Part shown: one piece after another, positions 1-8,155 of the stretch
How the letters are laid out: each line of letters starts with the position of its first letter
Numbering within the stretch: the first letter of the stretch is position 1
Assembly: GCA_963726255.1 (NCBI GenBank)
Contig: CAVSBL010000001.1
Location: 1 to 12,866 of the forward strand
From: Candidatus Bathyarchaeota archaeon
GTDB lineage: Archaea > Thermoproteota > Bathyarchaeia > 40CM-2-53-6
Length of the DNA: 12,866 bases
Direction: 5' to 3'
Notes under the pieces: model-generated
What the model saw: only the letters and a program-made list of their open reading frames with translations
What the model was told of the DNA's origin: nothing
The model's database searches: none
Program-made: the position numbers and the translations under genes

Positions 1-1
1 G

Positions 2-196
2 GGCCATTTCAATGGAAACATCAGAGCGCGTATTAACTATCCCAGTGAGGTGGCTGACGTCAAGGATTCTTGGGACAGCCCAATCCCCGACACCTTCAAT
101 TCTGTGGGTTCCGCTATCTCCATGCTTAAGACAGGCATACTGAACTTGATCGGCTAGATATTCGGCGTTGCAAACGGAGCACCTCAGATGAATCAT
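2..196 (-). pseudogene. Partial ORF running off the left edge: apparent chimera of a threonine-synthase-like N-terminal Zn-ribbon and a cysteine-synthase-like C-terminal segment (possible deletion-derived remnant)
   Basis: Hand translation from the ATG at 196 gives MIHLRCSVCNAEYLADQVQYACLKHGDSG-THRIEGVGDWAVPRILDVSHLTGIVNTRSDVSIEMA, with no stop before the edge. The first ~29 aa resemble the CxxC...CxxH N-terminus of archaeal/bacterial ThrC-like proteins. The rest resembles the CysK/CysM segment H-x-I-[EQ]-G-[IV]-G...P-x-I-L-D...A-I-E-M-A, which normally lies ~200 aa into the protein. No PLP-lysine region is present. Confidence 0.55.
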
Positions 197-221
197 GCTT
201 ATACGCTCGCCCTGCCTGGAG

Positions 222-227
222 ATTAAA
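222..227 (-). promoter_or_regulatory. Candidate archaeal TATA box for the ORF starting at 196
   Basis: TTTAAT on the minus strand about 26 nt upstream of the ATG at 196, the spacing expected for a leaderless archaeal transcript. Confidence 0.3.
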
Positions 228-423
228 TGATGCGATGTATTACGATTTTGATGAATGCCTTCGAATTCGCAATGCGTTATCTATGCAGAAGAGATAAGTC
301 ATAGGTTAACCTTCGGCCGAGATGATCAGTGATGATTGTTTCGTTGATTAGAATTCAGATCACGAGGGTAACTCAATATGTGGGCTTAGGTCGATATTTG
401 AATGCCAGGGGAAAGATAGGCTT

Positions 424-1887
424 TTGATAGACCTCGCGGTGAACGAAGAAAGGCTCGCGAGAACAGCTAAGAGATGTCGAGACAGAAACATCATCATACC
501 TACTTTTTCTCAGCTCAAAAATCCAAGTTCCGCGCCTGACAAGATCAAAGAACAGCTAAGGCAGACAGGACTCTGGGAGATAGCCCCTCAGAACCTTTTC
601 AGAATCACGTGGAAGAATCAACCCGTACCTAACGGCGGAGCCTTTCGGCCCATAGCCAACTACCTAGAGCTACCCCCCGAGCTGACTGGCGTTGAAGCGC
701 GCATAATAGCCTTAATCGGGAAATGGTTCCCAACTGGATCGCATAAGGTTGGAGCGTCTTTCGGTTGCCTAGTTCCCCCGCTCGTTACCGGCAAGTTTGA
801 TCCCACTACGCACAAGGCAGTTTGGCCCAGTACCGGAAACTTCTGTAGAGGGGGCGCTTATGATGCAACTCTCTTGGGCTGCGATAGTATCGCGATACTT
901 CCTGAGGAAATGTCACAGGAACGGTTCCAGTGGCTCAAAACTGTCGCAGGGGAGATTATTGCAACTCCCGGAAGCGAGAGCAATGTGAAAGAGATTTATG
1001 ATAAGGTCTGGGAACTGAAACGGTCCAGAAAAGACGTCTTCGTATTCAACCAGTTCTCTGAGTTTGGAAACTATCTATTCCATTATGATGTTACAGGACA
1101 TGCGATAGAGGAAGTCATAAGGAATGAGATGAGAGGCGGAAGGTTCCGCGGGGTATGTTTTACCACCGGATCGGCAGGTACCATCGCGTCCGGTGACTGC
1201 CTGAAGCAGGCGTTTCCAACTTCGAAGATCGCGGCAGGGGAAGCACTCGAGTGCCCAACACTGCTGCTAAATGGATATGGGGCTCACAGGATTGAGGGAA
1301 TTGGAGACAAACACGTCCCATGGATTCACAATGTAAGAAATACCGATCTCGTCATTGGAATCGATGACGAAGACACGATGAATCTAATTAGGCTATTCAA
1401 CGAACCGGCGGGCCGAGATTATTTCGTGAACGAAGTGGGTATTCCAAAGGAAATCGTATCTAAGCTCGATCTTCTTGGCATTTCGAGCATCGCGAACGTA
1501 CTTATGGCGATTAAATTTGCAAAGTATTATGAGCTGACCAGGAACGATCTCGTCCTCACCGTCTTCACCGACTCGATGGAATTGTACCAATCACGGCTGC
1601 GAGAGGCCAGAGAACAGCGAGGCGAATACCGGACGCATCACGCTATCAGCGACTTTGCCCGTCTAATGGCTATGAAGACGGATTCAATGATGGAACTCAC
1701 GCATCCAGATCGAAAGAGGATACATAACCTGAAGTATTACACATGGATTGAACAGCAAATGTTCAACCTTGACGAGTTGAACCGTCAATGGTACGATTAT
1801 GACCAGTACTGGGGTGAGATACAGAAATTGACCCCAAGAATCGACGAGCTGATTGCACGATTTAACGCCAAAGTGGGCCTCCTATGA
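424..1887 (+). CDS. Pyridoxal-5'-phosphate-dependent enzyme, fold type II (PALP; cysteine synthase/tryptophan synthase beta-like), long 487-aa subfamily, substrate unknown
   Basis: FPTGSHKVGA (PLP-binding Lys), PSTGNFCRGG (STGN substrate loop), TTGSAGT (phosphate-binding loop), HRIEGIGD and GISS. N- and C-terminal extensions relative to ~310-aa CysK. TTG start. Confidence 0.88.
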   Translation: MIDLAVNEERLARTAKRCRDRNIIIPTFSQLKNPSSAPDKIKEQLRQTGLWEIAPQNLFRITWKNQPVPNGGAFRPIANYLELPPELTGVEARIIALIGKWFPTGSHKVGASFGCLVPPLVTGKFDPTTHKAVWPSTGNFCRGGAYDATLLGCDSIAILPEEMSQERFQWLKTVAGEIIATPGSESNVKEIYDKVWELKRSRKDVFVFNQFSEFGNYLFHYDVTGHAIEEVIRNEMRGGRFRGVCFTTGSAGTIASGDCLKQAFPTSKIAAGEALECPTLLLNGYGAHRIEGIGDKHVPWIHNVRNTDLVIGIDDEDTMNLIRLFNEPAGRDYFVNEVGIPKEIVSKLDLLGISSIANVLMAIKFAKYYELTRNDLVLTVFTDSMELYQSRLREAREQRGEYRTHHAISDFARLMAMKTDSMMELTHPDRKRIHNLKYYTWIEQQMFNLDELNRQWYDYDQYWGEIQKLTPRIDELIARFNAKVGLL

Positions 1888-1958
1888 GACCGTGAGCAAA
1901 CCAGGTTTCACCGGGCTCCTTCGAGTTAGCATAGGACGCCTACTTTGTCCACTTCACC

Positions 1959-3338
1959 TTAATTCGGAACGATATTGAGCCCAACTCGTTCCAAGAGCCT
2001 AACAGCCCGCTCACTAGCAACTCGAAGTACTTTCTCCTCTTCGAGCGTCTTCACAACTCTATTCTCCATGACGATTTTTCCATCGATTATCGTGGTGTCA
2101 ACGTCCGACCCTTCCCCCGCATATACGATGTTAGATACTGGGTTGAAAGTTGGCGTCAGGTGAGGCTTCCGCATATCCACGACGATCAGGTCAGCCTTCT
2201 TCCCGACTTCAATGGAGCCAATCTGTCTCTCTAGGCCAACGGCCCGAGCTCCTTTGATTGTCGCCATCTCAAGCACAGTTCCCGCGCTCGTCGTGAGTGG
2301 ATCCATCGTCCTCACCTTCTGCAAAAGTGAGGCCGCTTTCATTTCGCGCATCATGTCGTAACAGTTGTTGCTTGGCCCGCCATCGCACCCGAGGCTGACA
2401 TTTACACCAGCCTTCATCATCTCGGGAATGCTCGCCATTCCAGAAGATAGCTTCATGTTAGAAGATGGGCAGTGCGCCACATGCGCACCCTTCCGAGCTA
2501 GTATGGCCCACTCACTCTCCGTCAACCATACCCCATGCGCGAAAACAACATTTCGTCCCGCTAAGCCGACTTTGTTCATGAATTCTGCAGGCATCATTCC
2601 GAACTCTTTCTTGGCGTATCGCACATCCTCCTGGACCTCGCTCAGATGCATCGTGACGCCCGTCCCAAGCTCTTGAGCGCCTTTAGCGATAAGCTCGTAC
2701 AATTCCTTTGTGCAGCCACCTAGCGACCGAGCACCGTACCAAACCCTAATTCTCCCATTCGCCTTCCCATCCCAACGTTTGAAGTGGGATTTGACTTCGT
2801 GAAGGCAGGTTTCCGCGTCCTCGATCATTCCCGGATGCATTATGCTCTTTTCGGTCCCATAGCCGGGTAGCCCCATCACTGTTTTGGAGAGAAAACCGCG
2901 CATTCCAGATTTCTGCACGCTTTCAGCGATGCCGTCGAATCCGTAACGCGAGTGTAAGAGGCTCTCAAGGAAGGTTGTCGTTCCTGACTTAATCATTTCC
3001 AACATGCACAGTTCCGCGCTCGTCCTACCATCCTCCGCTTCGAAGTTGCCCTGAAGTGGCCAAACGAATTTCTGTAGCCAATCTATCAAGGAGGTATCGT
3101 CGGCACAACCTCGAAGAAGAGCTTGGGCGAGGTGCACGTGCGTATCTATCAGGCCCGGGAGCACAACCATACCGCTTGCGTCTAGTTCGGACTCCGCCTG
3201 CGACTGCGTCCCGACTTGGTTTGCCTTTCCAAGTTCGACGATGCGATCGTTCTCGACCCGAACGGCTCCGTTCCTGATCACTCGCCGATTTGAATCCATG
3301 GTTATGATTGTTCCGCCGGAAATCAGAATAGATGCCAT
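1959..3338 (-). CDS. Metal-dependent amidohydrolase, COG0402 type (MTA/SAH deaminase, TRZ/ATZ, purine deaminase-like)
   Basis: PGLIDTHVH (HxH metal site), MIKSGTTTF, TMHLSE (HxxE), FAHGVWL, AHCPSSNMKL, LGCDG (metal Asp) and GSIEVGKKADL. The ATG at 3338 (MASILISGG) is preferred; an in-frame GTG at 3347 is the alternative. Confidence 0.92.
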   Translation of the reverse strand: MASILISGGTIITMDSNRRVIRNGAVRVENDRIVELGKANQVGTQSQAESELDASGMVVLPGLIDTHVHLAQALLRGCADDTSLIDWLQKFVWPLQGNFEAEDGRTSAELCMLEMIKSGTTTFLESLLHSRYGFDGIAESVQKSGMRGFLSKTVMGLPGYGTEKSIMHPGMIEDAETCLHEVKSHFKRWDGKANGRIRVWYGARSLGGCTKELYELIAKGAQELGTGVTMHLSEVQEDVRYAKKEFGMMPAEFMNKVGLAGRNVVFAHGVWLTESEWAILARKGAHVAHCPSSNMKLSSGMASIPEMMKAGVNVSLGCDGGPSNNCYDMMREMKAASLLQKVRTMDPLTTSAGTVLEMATIKGARAVGLERQIGSIEVGKKADLIVVDMRKPHLTPTFNPVSNIVYAGEGSDVDTTIIDGKIVMENRVVKTLEEEKVLRVASERAVRLLERVGLNIVPN

Positions 3339-3395
3339 GATGAACACTTCGTAGGTTGTGTAGCGAGTTGCAGATGTCGGCTTTAACTGAATTCC

Positions 3396-4208
3396 TTGCG
3401 CAACAAGTCTGAAAGGATTAGAAGGGCGGGGCTGATTCTGGCAAGACGCTCCATTGTTGCACTTGTGTTTCTGATGGCGATTCTCGCGACGCTCTCTCCA
3501 CTAGCCTTCATGTGGAATGAGTCGAGAAGTACGTTACCACGCCGTTTGGCCGCGGGTGACAGCTGGAACTACAAGGTCGTATTTCCTGATTCTAAGAGCT
3601 ACCAGTTAACCGTGTCAGTAAGAGAGGTTGCCGATTTGAACGGGACTGAGGCGTATGTGATTCTGTACGATGATTCGCAACATCTGTCAACTCAATACCA
3701 CTGGACCACACTAGATTGGCATGAGGTCAAAACGTTCAGGCCAACAATCGGCAACCTACTCGCCAACTCCACAACAATCTACACGCCACCCGTCCAGCTA
3801 TTTCAAGTCCCCCTCCACATCGGGGATAAATGGACCGTGAACAGCACTCTGCATACCACAACTGAGGTGAAGAACACAACCATAACTTCAACAAAGTTGC
3901 TTCTAGAGGTGAGGACAACTACGTCGATAGATGATGTTTCGACTCCTCTCGGCCAATTTCACGCGTTCAAGGTAACAGTAACACAAAACGGAACATTGTC
4001 GGAGGTATTGTGGTTTGACGCAGGGTTGGGGCAAGTTGTCTACGGTGAGTACTATAACAATAATGAGAAGGTCACTCAAACGCTGACCAGTTACAAGTTA
4101 AGTACCAACATCATTTCTGCAGCCGGGCACGCGTTCCTGCCGCTAACTACGGAAACGCGACTGTTTCAGCGACACCCTGGCTGGGAAGCTTTCGCAAGTT
4201 ATATCTAG
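3396..4208 (+). CDS. Secreted or membrane-anchored beta-rich protein, DUF3108/TapB-like
   Basis: A basic-then-hydrophobic N-terminus (RRSIVALVFLMAILATLSPLAFMW), PLHIGDKWTV, DDVSTPLGQFHAFKV (V-T-x-P-A-G-x-F-like) and LWFDAGLGQVV (W-[YF]-x-x-G-x-G-x-V-like). Six N-x-S/T sequons. The start is uncertain: TTG 3396, or CTG 3438 after GGGGCTGA. Confidence 0.7.
   Translation: MRNKSERIRRAGLILARRSIVALVFLMAILATLSPLAFMWNESRSTLPRRLAAGDSWNYKVVFPDSKSYQLTVSVREVADLNGTEAYVILYDDSQHLSTQYHWTTLDWHEVKTFRPTIGNLLANSTTIYTPPVQLFQVPLHIGDKWTVNSTLHTTTEVKNTTITSTKLLLEVRTTTSIDDVSTPLGQFHAFKVTVTQNGTLSEVLWFDAGLGQVVYGEYYNNNEKVTQTLTSYKLSTNIISAAGHAFLPLTTETRLFQRHPGWEAFASYI
4199..4204 (+). promoter_or_regulatory. Candidate TATA box for the ABC transporter operon
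   Basis: GCAAG-TTATAT about 48 nt upstream of the ATG at 4252, overlapping the last codons of the upstream gene. Confidence 0.3.
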
Positions 4209-4251
4209 TTGGAGCCAGCCAGCTTCCGTCACGGAGAGTTGAAGATATATT

Positions 4252-5439
4252 ATGAGTCAAGCAAAGAACAACAAAACAATCATGGCTGTCGTAATAGTCG
4301 TTCTCATCATCGTCGCTGGCGCAGCATACTACCTCACACAGAAACCATCGGTACCCGCTACAAACACTTCAATGACTGAATCCATGACGAGCGGGCCAAT
4401 GAAGATCGCAATGATAATGCCCGGCCGAACAGACGACCTTGCGTGGAACCAAGCAAGCTACACTTCATTTGAAGACCTCCTGACCAGTATGAACGAAGGC
4501 ATAAACACCTGCGGATGCTGGGTACAAAACCATCAGGAAAGCGCTCAGATTCAGGCTGATGTCAGAGACTTCGTCAGCAAGGGATACAACCTGATAATCG
4601 GTTCCGGTTTCGAGTTTCAGATTCCCATTCAGGAAATTGCTCCACAATACCCCAACACAAACTTCCTAGTAATCGCGGGATGGAATAACTCACTACCAAA
4701 CCTCGCTATCGCAGACGTCCGAACGGACCAGACAGGATACATTCTCGGCTACTTAGCCGGAAAGATGACCATGTCTAACAAGATTGGGTACATTATGGGT
4801 GCGAGGGTCGCCGAACTTGCAAGATTCGAACCGAACTTTGCGAAAGGTGCGCACGACGCAAATTCAAACATCATGTACACATATGGACCTCTGCCGGGCG
4901 GCGGCAATGGCATTCAACCAGGCGGCAGCATTAGTGTTGTCGCAGTAGGTGACTTCCACGATTTGCAGGGCGCTAAATCTGATGCTGAATTGATGGCGAG
5001 CCAGGGCGTCGACGTGATCGCGACGATGGGCGACGGTGTCGTGCTCGGAACCATCGAAGGGGCAATTGAGAAGAACGTGAGCCTGATCGGTAACGGTGTC
5101 GACATAGCAGACAACCCACCTGTTGGTGGTGAGAAGCTGGTCCTAGGGAGTGGTTCTTGGAAATGGGACGCAGTAATGAAACAATGGCTCGCTGATGTAG
5201 CCGCAGGAAAGACAAACGGCAAGTACTGGGCAAACCTCCAGACTGGAGGGTTGGAAATCGAACTGAACAAGGACAATGTTCCAGCGGCCGTTCAACAGCA
5301 AGTCATGAGCGTCGCATCGCAAGTCCAAGGCGGCCAAATTCAAACCGACCCACTCGGCCCACTAACGATTGGAACATCGCTTCAATCGATTCAGACCAGT
5401 TTCTTCATTGCTATAGGTCTGCAGCAGCCGCGCAACTAA
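4252..5439 (+). CDS. BMP-family (PnrA/TmpC/Med-like) ABC transporter substrate-binding protein, probably for a nucleoside or nucleobase
   Basis: An N-terminal TM anchor (IMAVVIVVLIIVAGAAYYL) plus a Thr/Ser/Met linker, with no lipobox Cys. Motifs KIAMIMPG..DDLAWNQ, GYNLIIGSGFEF, PQYPNTNF, GYILGYLAGKMTMSNKIGYI, GVDVI and LIGNGVD. Directly followed by an ATPase and two permeases. Confidence 0.9.
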   Translation: MSQAKNNKTIMAVVIVVLIIVAGAAYYLTQKPSVPATNTSMTESMTSGPMKIAMIMPGRTDDLAWNQASYTSFEDLLTSMNEGINTCGCWVQNHQESAQIQADVRDFVSKGYNLIIGSGFEFQIPIQEIAPQYPNTNFLVIAGWNNSLPNLAIADVRTDQTGYILGYLAGKMTMSNKIGYIMGARVAELARFEPNFAKGAHDANSNIMYTYGPLPGGGNGIQPGGSISVVAVGDFHDLQGAKSDAELMASQGVDVIATMGDGVVLGTIEGAIEKNVSLIGNGVDIADNPPVGGEKLVLGSGSWKWDAVMKQWLADVAAGKTNGKYWANLQTGGLEIELNKDNVPAAVQQQVMSVASQVQGGQIQTDPLGPLTIGTSLQSIQTSFFIAIGLQQPRN

Positions 5440-5447
5440 ACGTCCGC

Positions 5448-5484
5448 AAGCTCTCTCACAGAGGGCTTCCCCTCCTATTTTTTT
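5448..5484 (+). terminator. Intra-operon hairpin plus T-tract after the binding-protein gene
   Basis: AAGCTCTCT-cac-AGAGGGCTT (5448-5468; 9 bp including one G-U), an alternative GAGGG-cttc-CCCTC (5461-5474), then T7 at 5478-5484. Confidence 0.55.
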
Positions 5485-5515
5485 ATTCTCCACGACGAAC
5501 AGGGCGTAGACGCGA

Positions 5516-7080
5516 ATGGTAGATGAGATAAGTAATGAAACTCCCGCCGTCGTGATGCGGGGTATTGTGAAGAGATTTCCTGGCGGCGTCGTGGCAAATG
5601 ATATGGTAGATTTTGAGCTTCATGCTGGCGAAATACATGGGCTCCTAGGAGAGAACGGTGCCGGGAAGACTACGCTCATGAATATCCTTTATGGATTTTA
5701 TCAACCAGACGCTGGTTCGATTGAAATTTTCGGTCAACCTGCCGCGTTTCGCTCCCCATCCGACGCAATCAAGCGGGGTATCGGCATGGTACACCAACAC
5801 TTCAAACTTGTGAGCGACATGACTGTGGCAGAAAACGTAATCTTGGGACTGAAGTCTCCCAGAGGAATACTGACGGACATAGCTTCGGCCGAGACGCGAA
5901 TCTCACGCTTATCAGAACAACATGGTCTGCACGTTGACCCTAAGGTTCAGATCTGGCAACTCGCGGTAGGGGAACTCCAACGTGTCGAAATTCTCAAAGC
6001 ATTATATCGTGACGCAAAGTTCTGATTCTTGACGAACCTACATCCGTTCTCGCACCTACTGAGGTTAGTGATTTCTTCAACTCATTACGCGGATTGAAAA
6101 ACACGGGAATCTCCATCGTTCTAATCACTCACAAACTTGACGAAGTAATGGATGTCACAGACAGGGTCACGGTTTTGAGGAAAGGACGCAAAGTTACCAC
6201 GCAAGCGACGCAAGCTGTAAACAAGGAAAAGTTAGCTCACATGATGGTTGGCGAGGAGATTCCTCCAATCGCCGACAAGACAAGGACTTCGGAAAGGGAA
6301 GTTGTTCTGCAAATAGAACAACTCTCTGTATTTGACGATAGAGGCCTCGAAGCGGTCAAGGGCGTCACTTTCGAAGTTCGAAGAGGAGAAATCCTCGGAA
6401 TAGCCGGTGTATCCGGGAATGGCCAAAGAGAACTTGTTCAAGCCATTGTGGGACTGAGGAGGAGCTCTTCAGGATCCCTAAAGTTTGCAGGCATAGACAT
6501 CACTGGCAAGTCACCTCGCAGGATAATTGACTTAGGCCTCGCCTACGTCCCCGAAAACAGAACCGAGGACGCCATTATCACGGACTTTCGTTTAGACGAA
6601 AATATGATCCTCAAAGACTTCGATAAACCACCCATTTGCAATATGCTAGCCAACAAGGTACCAACCTTGCTGAATAGCAAAGAGATTACGCACAGGGGAG
6701 AGGAAGCCATCAAACAGTTCAACATTAAGACGACAGGTATTTCTGCAAAAGCAAGGTCGCTTTCCGGCGGAAACCTTCAGAAGCTAATCTTAGCAAGAGA
6801 ACTGTCTGGGCAACCCTCACTCATTGTGGTTTCACAACCAACGCGCGGCCTCGACGTAGCCGCAACAGAATACGTCAGGAGCATTTTGGTTCAACAACGA
6901 AATCGAGGCGCTGCTGTACTCCTAGTCGACGAAGACCTAGCTGAGCTGATCACCCTGAGCGATAGAGTTGCAGTCATGTACAAAGGCCAGGTAGTCGGAT
7001 TGCTCGAACCCGGACAGTTCAACATGGAAGAGATCGGACTCCTGATGACAGGTGCGAAGAAGATCTCGATGGCGGCGTGA
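5516..7080 (+). pseudogene. Nucleoside/sugar (CUT2, YufO/NupO-type) ABC ATPase with two NBDs, interrupted by a single -1 frameshift at about 6017-6019 (true lesion, sequencing error or recoding)
   Basis: ORF 5516-6025 has Walker A GENGAGKTT, Q-loop GMVHQHF and LAVGELQRVEI, then stops at GAC GCA AAG TTC TGA. The -1 frame from 6019 reads GTT CTG ATT CTT GAC GAA CCT ACA (VLILDEPT, Walker B) and runs in frame into ORF 6094-7080 (ITHKL, GIAGVSGNGQ, LSGGNLQK, QPTRGLD). The restored protein is ~521 aa. Confidence 0.88.
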
Positions 7081-7084
7081 ACAC

Positions 7085-8152
7085 TTGTTGGGATTCAAGG
7101 TTACTCAACGTCTAGATGTAAGCCGGCGAGCCATGTTGACCGTCACGCTGTTAGCGTACATCGTTTCACCCCTTGTGGTTCTAGTCGTTCTGGGGGCTGC
7201 GGGAAAGAACCCCCTTGTGGCGCTGGACGCCCTTTACAGGGGAACGGTAGGGACAGAAGCTGGGTTCGCCGAATCAATTGTTCAAGCGACCCCGCTTATG
7301 CTCATGGCTATTGGCCTTGTCATTGCCTTCCGCTGCAAGGTCTGGAACATAGGCGCCGAAGGGCAGCAGATTTTTGGCGCTATTCTCGTCACGTGGTTCG
7401 TATTGCCTTTCTTGAAGGAGCCAATGCCTTCCTACGTTATGATTCCGCTTGCGCTGGTACTGTCGCTATTGGGCGGAGGCTTGTTCGCTGCGATACCGGC
7501 CTTACTCAAATCGAGGCTTGGAATTAACGAGGTCATCACTACGATTATGCTGAACTATGTTGCAATCGACGCTCTGAACTGGCTTGTGAGAGGCCCGTTC
7601 CAAGACAAATCGATTCCGGGAAGTTACCCTGAATCTCCTATCTTTCCGAAAGAAACTTCTTTACCAATCCTACTCCGCCAGTCGAGCTTAAACGTCGGCA
7701 TCATTGTTTCCGTCGTAGCATGCGTTTTGGCGTACTATATTCTCTTCAAGACGCCTCTTGGGTATACAATACGTGCAGTCGGGCTAAACCCGTCAGCGGC
7801 TAAGACGAGCGGAATTTCAGTAAAGCGTGTGGTAATTTCAGCAATGTTTCTGAGTGGAGCATTGTGTGGTTTAGGAGGAGGTGTCTACATACTTGGCATC
7901 ACGCATGAACTGTTGCCAGAACAAGCTTCAGGAATCGGTTACACTGCGGTCGTTGTCGCCTTGCTTGGGAACCTACATCCTTTAGGCGTGATCTTCTCAT
8001 CGATATTCTTTGGCAGTCTCATTTCGGGAATGTCCTCGGTCGAGAGAGCACTTCAAATTCCCCAAACCTTATCCTTGCTGTCACAGGGCATAATTATTGT
8101 TCTAATCCTCATCATTCAGGTTTTTGCAAGGTACGAAATCAGGAGAAGCTAG
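7085..8152 (+). CDS. Nucleoside ABC transporter permease 1 (YufP/NupP-type)
   Basis: Multi-TM protein with FRCKVWNIGAEGQ, INEVITTIMLNY, GYTIRAVGLNPSAAKTSGI and GYTAVVVALLG.LHPLGV. The TTG at 7085 or 7088, just after the ATPase stop, is more plausible than the track's GTG at 7052. Confidence 0.9.
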   Translation: MLGFKVTQRLDVSRRAMLTVTLLAYIVSPLVVLVVLGAAGKNPLVALDALYRGTVGTEAGFAESIVQATPLMLMAIGLVIAFRCKVWNIGAEGQQIFGAILVTWFVLPFLKEPMPSYVMIPLALVLSLLGGGLFAAIPALLKSRLGINEVITTIMLNYVAIDALNWLVRGPFQDKSIPGSYPESPIFPKETSLPILLRQSSLNVGIIVSVVACVLAYYILFKTPLGYTIRAVGLNPSAAKTSGISVKRVVISAMFLSGALCGLGGGVYILGITHELLPEQASGIGYTAVVVALLGNLHPLGVIFSSIFFGSLISGMSSVERALQIPQTLSLLSQGIIIVLILIIQVFARYEIRRS

Positions 8153-8155
8153 GAA

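Noticed and set aside
2-157. Plus-strand open frame of 51 codons ending in TAG at 157
   Set aside because: It is the exact antisense register of the minus-strand ORF, which has recognisable motifs; the plus-strand peptide has none.
248-360. C-box-like TTGATGA (248) and GTGATGA (329) suggesting a C/D box sRNA
   Set aside because: There is no suitably placed CTGA D box downstream on the same strand.
797-3277. Short ORFs 797-988, 1393-1590, 1975-2163, 2365-2676 and 3056-3277
   Set aside because: They are nested in or antisense to well-supported genes and have no motifs (shadow ORFs).
4360-4395. TSMTESMTS mini-repeat in the BMP protein
   Set aside because: This is an ordinary low-complexity linker between the membrane anchor and the binding domain.
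6023-6025. In-frame TGA as selenocysteine or readthrough
   Set aside because: Homology continues in the -1 frame rather than the same frame, so this is a frameshift and not stop recoding.
6094-7080. Treating 5516-6025 and 6094-7080 as two independent ATPase genes
   Set aside because: Walker B of the first NBD lies in the gap between them, so they are halves of one gene.
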